The notes below the pieces were generated by a model. The model made no database searches. It saw only the letters and a program-made list of their open reading frames with translations, and was not told where the DNA came from. From sequence record OQ411014.1: DNA of 64,000 bases. One strand, 5' to 3'. The stretch's first letter is position 1. The number at the start of each line of letters is the position of its first letter. Position numbers and translations under genes: made by a program. Positions 29,801 to 35,463 of the stretch are shown one piece after another.

Positions 29801-30887
29801 TTAGTTTAGTCCCGTTGCGATCATACAATTGGAACAATGGGGTACTGTTAATACCTGATTTAACTTGTGTACGAATCCATGCTGAACCATTCCAGTACAT
29901 AGAAGTGTTTTCATAAACTTGACCAGATTTAATTAGAACAACGTCACCACGCAAAGGTTCACCCGTTGGGCGTAGCTCAGATTCTTCATCTTCATCAAGA
30001 GCAAGACCATATACACGAGTGCCAGCTTCGGTTTGTTTAATGTAAACTTTATAGATTCTGTTATTTTCACCGCTGTTACCGATACTAGTGAATAGAATAC
30101 GGTCACCAGCTTTAAGAATAAAACCATCAACACGAATTTCATCAGAAACTGATTTCTGTACAATATCTTCTGGTTTGATGGAGTCTGATAGGTACGTGAC
30201 TACACCACGGAAAGTAGTTCCGTAATTCATTAGTTCGATGTTTTTGTTATATTCAATGATTGGTGCTTGAGCATGAGTGAAGCGTTCATCTTGAGTCATG
30301 TCATCAGTTAGTACTGTGCCGTCTGGTAATTCTTGACCTACAGTAAACCAATAGTTTTGTAGTGACCATGTGTTACCGTTATCAGCACCACGTTCCATAA
30401 CGATATAATCCGGTGCAATACCAAATTCGTTATTATTGTCCCAAACATAAGAACTGTAGTTCATCATTTTATTTGGGTTGATTGGTGGAGTCCATGAATA
30501 AAACTTACCATCAAATAGGCGTGACTGGTTATCAGTTAAGGAACCATAATGGGACATATATCCTACTAGGTCTTCATAGAACTGCATAGAGCGAACGCTT
30601 GTGTCGGTATTACGAGACACATAAACTGGTGATAGTTGGTAGTCTTGGCGTTGTTGAGAACTTTCTTTGATGAAAATCTTTCCAGCCGCTGACGGAGTAC
30701 CACGGTCACCTATATACCCGTCAACAATTTCTTGTTCGGCAGGGTTGAACCATTGCTGGATTACATCATCACAAAAAGTTTGGATCTGTTCTAGACCTTG
30801 CATCCACTCAGGCAATCTTTTAATGAATAGCTTTTTTTGTACAGCATCTGCCGCTAGGGTTGGCTGGAACTTAAATTCATTCGACAT
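20874..30887 (-). CDS. Giant (~3340 aa) virion protein, probable baseplate wedge / fibre-network subunit
   Basis: Single uninterrupted ~10 kb ORF directly downstream of the gp6-like gene, with its own late promoter; start placed at MSNEFK (RBS ggag). Function inferred from context only. Confidence 0.6.
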   Translation of the reverse strand: MSNEFKFQPTLAADAVQKKLFIKRLPEWMQGLEQIQTFCDDVIQQWFNPAEQEIVDGYIGDRGTPSAAGKIFIKESSQQRQDYQLSPVYVSRNTDTSVRSMQFYEDLVGYMSHYGSLTDNQSRLFDGKFYSWTPPINPNKMMNYSSYVWDNNNEFGIAPDYIVMERGADNGNTWSLQNYWFTVGQELPDGTVLTDDMTQDERFTHAQAPIIEYNKNIELMNYGTTFRGVVTYLSDSIKPEDIVQKSVSDEIRVDGFILKAGDRILFTSIGNSGENNRIYKVYIKQTEAGTRVYGLALDEDEESELRPTGEPLRGDVVLIKSGQVYENTSMYWNGSAWIRTQVKSGINSTPLFQLYDRNGTKLNDPQIYPSSSFKGSPLFGLKVNFDYNYNKIYNTNVELNSYNYYVFENFIQSTRYDYDKVGATTEISGLYYYNVIGSDGSVNLKSDWDRSDEFTKQYVRQVPAMTKTSMYNVFSTVQEMNNFQNPIENMYAYVMDIDATFKYYKADNSTFMDWHREAGNDYVPSELFNHTFELAQRVNLSSSTDVLYVRVGTEETTKFSTKLDKNGLVESITLDSSIKLTDDSIVEIRTYSPVQTPDTNLGSYEIPINLQNNPYNDFITYIDQSLYTPHFQEIIQRNITTGTVNDFNDYEERLAKGLVDNSVGTKIIQNEASMLPLMINTANENIDLFAAIEFMQSEYFRFMNKFNTQMVNMYNEDPSAFTSNSASNIVDAILNNINVGKNNTFPFFIDAMGSSSSNIRAFIPPTPQFIGILKAYAPQKATYMYAGRDLGCYNVSHTGTITKAYKVLNGVGRMDDVIYELENRIFNSIDNDFKDIDYVPELVQSDLFPTPYFTETDYTRDEKQTLLLRGYTNFIATNGIDNSTHDYDANNWLTWNYKGTTYVVDGVVTDIPARGSWRAIYSDMFGTYRPATHPWEMLGFAQRPSWWNQEYEPTKIRIGEDPTEVVYVYEAEVIDENNQLVPSGLWDVGSIKGDASTGTILYGKNKGTYAKYKRFGKQPFVIKGTGNFTADGEEIRTFELIAPEVLGLVAGSLDHRAEPWSYGDMGDIEFTYRNTAMFPYDEALLLYRAKPAQFANYFYDTRGSTLKTVYRGKEQFLFGETNQRLNLNSTTLVNNENNSRILGYQMFITDHLQYKQMDITTKYGDVLRSSHINVGHKLGGFSKEDQLSFYSDTFGLISQENQHIGLVRSSSIREESMSAVDITWNGTGYQITGYDLVGASFKYLTPNRNGKRVTIREGNRTVVHYNEYTDKVQSIEYGTVLNSFQEVYTFLCAYGEYLERVGFIFEETDENGNTLNWNQIAKDYLNWSQTALARGEYISCSPSTKSVKFGASFGSVESVAQYSGGLWTLLDDNNTGIRPYEIETARIGNIITVRSLEEYNKRIALIRLSLIAYEHAIVFDDKTIFGDNIYIPTYGSIQELIRMYGYVTGSWNGRLEAPGFIILETGTLPDFEKLVDDFRHYYDTENPVSDVQLRSLANHLIGYQSRSYLNEMITSEPARVDFYKGFIRDKGTNQVLERVLRVSKTYNTEGYKALQEWAFKIGEYGNVYGKKNLQFQLINNEFAQQPQLVTFDQNATVDSTANNIVYFGKTGVDPRWITRPHGLFSFPMRKGASDNIQLPNIGPVTLDEVSFTTLDLQTAYEDRSKYTSDYNTLPSSVWVLQDSNDNWNIYDIVKTNITLKKITPIITDDQYAAQKVTLELSSSSTLSNGDTYFFVDESGYMPDFLREETQFYGVTANTIVVAFDSTVDFDFSGAEPVMYKYVPRFSTKAAKDAYVQKKYEYLAPNSSLFDRPSTYNSMTNVVEMYINTYDPINGIIPGVAMSNVSYTSTRDPATYNSDGETLLAWGSDKVGEVWWDTSSAFFMDYTRPILDANGNVDVNKTLEYKRYNWGKILPHGSIDVYEWVKSPVEPYNWDQYCTEQQKQNKGQTTYLPSGTAVTENYSYFVEYDASTNTYVPMYYFWVKDTIYTPHVKHRTKSCNEIARIIADPSVLGVPWFSPVDENSFILSNMQHDINDDKSILTVSYKENNDDVIKHEQYQLCKEGEEYNFNPAIWNSLWNSLESQETLLNGNVVELSYPSTDLGLGANKTWFMDVIEARRTFVDSANNVYKHINMTTDTVVMDDIFFKKTDAVNPNEVGFKVLTYNNELVITTNENKFVENDAVLVNTNGTLPAPLNRTSVYFVHYDDNGYIHLMNSPSTSGTAVTITLESRGEGQHTMIKQTDYIDQLGTSLDMTTYWDYADWYSVGFDEESEYTEETSIQIANTKNYQIGDLIRITDADGVWTLYEKTESRGQVQWVAVGREKSTVQLNNVLYNNYSQYNSDGALTNNEKNVRAALALLKGSFNSVQSTVVFDMVKYVHTEQKVVDWVFKTSYIYIIGLDQSLQQRSTTDGNLINEIVQYFEEVKPYRTKIRSQIEQKTSDEDEINGLLNDLDPNGYIYVDGAWVKTQKDIWDYEYAQFNDVSQKWEIVGSLPNNFVLPNRRFQEIDVILDFDNFQCKPSSDMADITTLENVNKKYQSNTGDFLVKGSHYMLQRYAYTFPEINNAELETLIMNGITQYYPNMNISSGLKYGLDQMYATLINDVEASDEFTATLNRVIAEAEEKSESVSEVRNYVQYNTLSNRLKLTTSKSDETIGSEVGCPFKGLVLSDNPSTRLPFGFSASNGENYGYISYSKPMYDLIYDQVKEANPGFSHIEILEYMEYEYGLYTWKYVIPETDDNPESNRFYTDAVHVLSALRGTYNPDETDPYSAAEKVLENLDVDAYAVVLMPRKYVFLMSETTPGKDYSIPSNVGIEEYMEEVYITDGDMVRLSQPSLDDVPEDDKNPLYSDFLQIMSGLNKEVFFDDKNAFDNLALESQTKTIINSVVGVANSTNDPVFVDISELNPSKRDMAQLRFTVDGYGFDTSVQTQLRDQGNFNIEGYIVQNPYNRSEALVSIPRYDVALEYMNRSILEKNEIQYSYRIKNVTSVSGVVELDGDNDFVVGETVAVFVPDNSDYAVAINDGSWKTVLSVATIKDANRPKLFKVTSVSGNTVTIGGLTFTSTYNSTDESLYNQNKPTSINIVRVTSFNDPEFSAGGITRYTNNRSYRVDALDYDVFYDTSLIGGNYEPELTTNDYDVWYSTNETQTLEDGTVVDNGYYLPVYGKGVLSELVRTKMTDALEISVFEYDVAEINPTANNGSWIYSKPLVDGVYINTNSTVTVVYKSMFDSFTHVSQPKMASTMTYENGIATMPGVVPDDIILSNAEQMLVRKNNFVVRAYNGTVQNYYEKDVTYTSTGLNLGNTNEIAVYGDGYEPIPLSTYSDSLDIAPVILIGLIK

Positions 30888-30922
30888 TTTATTCTCCATA
30901 AAATTCATTTCTTCATTTGTTT

Positions 30923-30930
30923 TATTTATA
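30923..30930 (-). promoter_or_regulatory. T4-type late promoter TATAAATA
   Basis: Exact consensus ~35 nt upstream of the giant ORF. Confidence 0.75.
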
Positions 30931-30934
30931 AAAG

Positions 30935-30960
30935 AAATAAAGGCGACCGAAGTCGCCTTT
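30935..30960 (-). terminator. Terminator after the gp6-like gene
   Basis: Minus strand reads aaaggcgac-ttcg-gtcgccttt-atttcttt. Confidence 0.8.
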
Positions 30961-30964
30961 AATG

Positions 30965-33900
30965 TTAGTTACCAATATTAATGTTACTCTTAGCCAAAGA
31001 ACTGACTATCTGAACGTTATCTACCGTTGCAGTACTGATAAACAACTGGTCAGGTCTACAAGGTATTTCAAACAATTCACCGAACTTACTATTGGGGTCT
31101 TGTGGAACGATCACAACTGCTGCCACATCAGTAGCCATACTTACTTGAATGTAAGTACTCAATTCTGTGAAGTAGAATGTCTCACCAAAGTCCCAGTTCT
31201 GAACATCGAAGTAATTACGAGTCAACTCGACAACTTTCTGACGAATTTCATCATTACTCAATGTGGTAGTAGGTAGTTTAACGATTTTTAAATCTGCACG
31301 ATAATCTTCATCTGCACTTGCACCAAATAGTTTTAAGAACTCAGCACTATGCCAAATGGAACTATCACTAATTACCATTTTACCCTCAACTTCAGTAAAC
31401 ATGTCTTGTAATTCAACTGATGTTGGTGGTTTAGGGAATTCACCAACTGCACCATTCTTAATCCAGATATTAACTGAATCATAATAGTTAGTAGTTAGAA
31501 CATACATATCAATTAAGTTTGTACGGCTTGGGTCGATACGGTTATCATCTGGAGCATAATGTTTCCATTGGAAATTTATACCGGTACGTGCACCAGTCCT
31601 GACAGTGTATTCATTACTCACATCAACATAACCATAATAAGACAATTTTAGCTTCTCGTCTTTATCATCTTGACCTTCATTCTGTGTTGCACGATAGAAT
31701 GCGAGTTCAGGACTGATAGTACTAGTGTCAGTTGGTAGCATCAGGTTGGAAATGAAATTATCAAGACGTTCGTTGTTGTTACCAACTGTTTGTTGAATGA
31801 AATGATATTCACCATCGTACTGATATGCAATCAAATACCCTGAACCATGATTATACAAATCACTAAAAGAATTGCTTCTTATTTGAACATTTCGCAAGAA
31901 CTCTTTTCTACGATACGCATTCACTTCTGCGTTTGCTTGTGCAGTGGTGTAAGTCCATGATGTATCAAGAATAGTATATGAATCATCATCTTCCAACATA
32001 TCAATAGTAAAATCATCGTTCTCATGGAATATCAACACACCACCATATTTTTGAAGGTCAGTACCGGACAATGTTGGAACTAAGCTACTGTACAAATCTG
32101 GTTCAAGAGGAATACCGTTGCTATCAGTGTTTTTACTAGTTATGATAACACGAGAACCATCAAGATATCCATTCTCTTGTTGAATAGTATCGTAGATTTG
32201 GAAATCAATATTCTGACTGTAACCCAAGTTACTTGTGTAAGATGCGTTATTGTTTAGGATTGCAATCTTGTCAGACTGAACAGTACCAGTACTGATATCA
32301 CTAATCTTCTTGGATGAAACAAAGTAGAATTTAACTTTAGAACCACCAACAAAAATGTACTCAACACCATTACTAACAAATTCCCATGATTCCGCAGTGT
32401 ATTGAACGTTCACTAGAATTGGATATGTAATACCATTATATAGAATTGTTGAACCACTGTATGTTCCTTCAATTGGAATCCATGTATGGGATGATGTGTC
32501 ATAGATGATAACGAAATCAGTCTTCTTATCAATGGCTGCTGCAATTTGTTGAACTTCAGAAGTATTGAACTTAACACGATATGGTTCAATATAAGAATCA
32601 ATAGTCATTGCTGCATCTACTGGTGTAGACAATACATAATAACCATCATCCAGTACTGATACGATAGAAGTCCAAACGGAGTTACCAGTAGTACCTTCCA
32701 TCTTAATCAACGTACCAACTTCATAGGTTTCAATCGGTACACCACTCTGTAGGAATTGACCATAAGTATTGTTCGTATAAGATGAGTTGTGCTCTGGAGT
32801 CCATATTTGGTTAAACGTAACAACGATTGTGTTGCTGTCCCATTGTTGATAATATTGAATAACAGAGTTCTCCCCAAGCAATGGTTGAATATTATCTATC
32901 ACAATACTTTCATTGCTTTTTGGTGATGGTAGAAGAAGAGTGTTACTCTTATTCACGTTCTCTTTATACATTGCACCATCATCACTAAACACATCAGTGT
33001 TTTGATATTTCCCAGTAGGGTCATTGATATCAATGAATCTGGACATACCGCTATAGATACGGTTTAGTGCTTTTCCTTTAATTACTGCGTTACCTAGCAT
33101 TAGTGGTGCGATATTATAATCTTCACCAGTAACGAAACGGTCTTGGGTGTAATACATTTGTGGAGCACGGTCTTTAATCTGTTCGATGGTTTCAGCACTC
33201 TGTGCTAGTCTGGATTCACGTTGTAGTGTGAATTTGACATCCAATGAACTATTTTCATAATCAGTTTGTGACTTAGTACGGTAAACATACTTAACACTTT
33301 TATTCTGAATTGAACTGGTCTTGATAGTGTATGATTTACCATTACTAACACGATACCATACACGGTATGTACCACGAGGAACAGTACCTGAACGTGCATC
33401 TGGATACTTAATTGTGATTTGGTCACGGTCACGAGTAGTTACAGAATAAATTGTTTTCTTTTGACGATCAACTGAGTTATATGCAATACTTTCCATTGAT
33501 GGAACTTGTGTCCATTTGGTTCTTACTATACCATCTTCGTTGATTTCTTGAACCCATACATCAGTTTGGTTTATATTGTCAACGTTCACATCCTGTAAAC
33601 GGTTTTCAATTCGAGTATCATACTGATAATCACTATAAGACAATGAACCTTGTTTAAAGTAAACAAAGAAGCCTGTATCTGGTGAACTAAAACCATTACC
33701 ATCATTTGAATAGATAATGTACTTCTGGTCTTGTGGTTCTGGCATACGTTCAGAAACACCAACAGTACTGATATCTGGGTTAACAACTTCGAACGTTACT
33801 GTTTCGCCGTTGATGTTTGCACTAAATGGCATATTAGGAGCACTCATAGGTAGAGTGTTCATGCGATACAATTGAGTGTTAATACCATTAATCATAATCT

Positions 33901-34426
33901 TCTTAACTGGATTACCAAATTGGTTAGTACTGATGAATGAACTATTCATAACTAGAATAAAGTTCTCGTACCAGTTAGGATCTGCTGGGTCATTCCATTG
34001 AATCGTACGGCCTTTAAGAGATTGGTTGTAGCTGTTTAGTACGTCTTGGTTTGTTTTAATTTCAGTAATTTTGGCTACTGCACGACCTGGATAAGCACGC
34101 TTAGGTGAATACGAAATCATCTTAGCAAGTTTCAGTACTGAAGCTCTGCGTTCTGCGGTATCTAGGAAGTTTTCACGAGTGTTCATGTCCATACGGAATG
34201 CCAAGTTCTGCCCTAGCATACTAATGGTGTCGAGAATGAAGATGAATTCGTCGTTTTCAATCCAGTCGTTGAACTGATCTGGATAAGTGATTCGTAGATA
34301 CTCTACCATACTTTCACGAATCGTATCAAAGTCAAAAGCGGTAAGGTTGATCTTATAAAAACTCTCATACACCTGCTTCCAGTCCTCGGCAGTGTATAAG
34401 TTGGACTGTCTTTTTTGTTGTGCCAT
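30965..34426 (-). CDS. gp6: Baseplate wedge protein, T4 gp6-like (extended)
   Basis: NLTAFDFDTIRESMVEYL, FILDTISMLGQNLAF, NFLDTAERRASVLKLAKMISY, ETIEQIK.RAP and QDRFVTGEDY are gp6-family motifs; start at ATG 34426. Confidence 0.8.
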   Translation of the reverse strand: MAQQKRQSNLYTAEDWKQVYESFYKINLTAFDFDTIRESMVEYLRITYPDQFNDWIENDEFIFILDTISMLGQNLAFRMDMNTRENFLDTAERRASVLKLAKMISYSPKRAYPGRAVAKITEIKTNQDVLNSYNQSLKGRTIQWNDPADPNWYENFILVMNSSFISTNQFGNPVKKIMINGINTQLYRMNTLPMSAPNMPFSANINGETVTFEVVNPDISTVGVSERMPEPQDQKYIIYSNDGNGFSSPDTGFFVYFKQGSLSYSDYQYDTRIENRLQDVNVDNINQTDVWVQEINEDGIVRTKWTQVPSMESIAYNSVDRQKKTIYSVTTRDRDQITIKYPDARSGTVPRGTYRVWYRVSNGKSYTIKTSSIQNKSVKYVYRTKSQTDYENSSLDVKFTLQRESRLAQSAETIEQIKDRAPQMYYTQDRFVTGEDYNIAPLMLGNAVIKGKALNRIYSGMSRFIDINDPTGKYQNTDVFSDDGAMYKENVNKSNTLLLPSPKSNESIVIDNIQPLLGENSVIQYYQQWDSNTIVVTFNQIWTPEHNSSYTNNTYGQFLQSGVPIETYEVGTLIKMEGTTGNSVWTSIVSVLDDGYYVLSTPVDAAMTIDSYIEPYRVKFNTSEVQQIAAAIDKKTDFVIIYDTSSHTWIPIEGTYSGSTILYNGITYPILVNVQYTAESWEFVSNGVEYIFVGGSKVKFYFVSSKKISDISTGTVQSDKIAILNNNASYTSNLGYSQNIDFQIYDTIQQENGYLDGSRVIITSKNTDSNGIPLEPDLYSSLVPTLSGTDLQKYGGVLIFHENDDFTIDMLEDDDSYTILDTSWTYTTAQANAEVNAYRRKEFLRNVQIRSNSFSDLYNHGSGYLIAYQYDGEYHFIQQTVGNNNERLDNFISNLMLPTDTSTISPELAFYRATQNEGQDDKDEKLKLSYYGYVDVSNEYTVRTGARTGINFQWKHYAPDDNRIDPSRTNLIDMYVLTTNYYDSVNIWIKNGAVGEFPKPPTSVELQDMFTEVEGKMVISDSSIWHSAEFLKLFGASADEDYRADLKIVKLPTTTLSNDEIRQKVVELTRNYFDVQNWDFGETFYFTELSTYIQVSMATDVAAVVIVPQDPNSKFGELFEIPCRPDQLFISTATVDNVQIVSSLAKSNINIGN

Positions 34427-34502
34427 AATTAATCCTTGCGTTCTAATATGAGTTATATATCTTACGTTTTCTATGCACACGTATTATGAATTTATTTATC
34501 CA

Positions 34503-34528
34503 AAAAGAAAGACACCCGAAGGTGTCTT
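34503..34528 (-). terminator. Terminator after the gp25-like gene
   Basis: Minus strand reads aagacacc-ttcg-ggtgtctttcttttt. Confidence 0.8.
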
Positions 34529-34533
34529 AGAAA

Positions 34534-34926
34534 TTATGCGGCATTTGAAACAATTGCCATCTTTTCGTTCGCTTCTCTGTCGAACTGTATGAATAGAGTT
34601 TCTTCGGTGTCGAGTTCCACATAGTAAAGGAACAAGTTAACACGAAAACCTCTATCAGTACTTAGGACTTCAACATATTGGAGTGAAACTCTAGGGTCAC
34701 CAGCAACAATGCGACGAGCATCCGCTTCTAATAGATTTTTATTACTATAAATGTCCAATTCAAATAATAAATCCCACCCTACAAATCCATATTGTGCATC
34801 CATAGCACGTTCACCTTTTCTGGTGTTGAAGTGGTTTAATAGATCGCGTTTGACTAGCTCCACATCATAAAGAACTTCAGTTCTTCCCACCTGTGGGGAT
34901 GCAAACCCCTTGTATATCACTGCCAT
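34534..34926 (-). CDS. gp25: Baseplate wedge subunit, T4 gp25-like
   Basis: 130 aa: LVKRDLLNHFNTRKGER.M...YG...LLFE...DPRV. Confidence 0.85.
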   Translation of the reverse strand: MAVIYKGFASPQVGRTEVLYDVELVKRDLLNHFNTRKGERAMDAQYGFVGWDLLFELDIYSNKNLLEADARRIVAGDPRVSLQYVEVLSTDRGFRVNLFLYYVELDTEETLFIQFDREANEKMAIVSNAA

Positions 34927-34941
34927 ATTATTTTATCCTTA

Positions 34942-35430
34942 TTATTGGGATTCTACAATACGAGCTAATTTCTCTGCACGTGAAGTAGTTTGCTTATACC
35001 AAGTACTATCACGCATTTGACGTCCAGCTTCTTTATAATCACCCGCACCCATAGCAGCTAATGCTTTTTTGAAACCTAGAACACGACGTTTACCCATTTG
35101 AAAACACATTTGCCACAATACACGCTGGAGATCAATACCACCTTTCATACCGAATTGCTCATAAATCTCTTTTGCGTCATTAAATGCAACAGTTGCGTCT
35201 TTAATTAGTAGTGCATCGCCTTCTGACTCAGTTAAACCATTAGGAAATGTTTCGCCATTTACTAGCAAGTGACCATAACCAATAGTTGGTAAACCTAGAC
35301 TGTCTTTATATACATGAAACCGCCCGTTTTTAAAATATCCCTTCTTAGTTTGATAAGCGATAGTACCTTCATGCTCACGTACTTCTTTGTGGAAGATACT
35401 ATCGTCATTTTTTAAAACCCAATTGCTCAT
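34942..35430 (-). CDS. T4-type lysozyme (GH24 muramidase)
   Basis: Catalytic-type triad in REHEG...YKDSLGLPTIGYGH, plus QMCFQMG and DSTWYKQT; late-promoter-like CATAAATA at 35461-35468. Confidence 0.9.
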   Translation of the reverse strand: MSNWVLKNDDSIFHKEVREHEGTIAYQTKKGYFKNGRFHVYKDSLGLPTIGYGHLLVNGETFPNGLTESEGDALLIKDATVAFNDAKEIYEQFGMKGGIDLQRVLWQMCFQMGKRRVLGFKKALAAMGAGDYKEAGRQMRDSTWYKQTTSRAEKLARIVESQ

Positions 35431-35463
35431 AATTTACCCTCTGTTATGTTAGTGGTAAATTAT

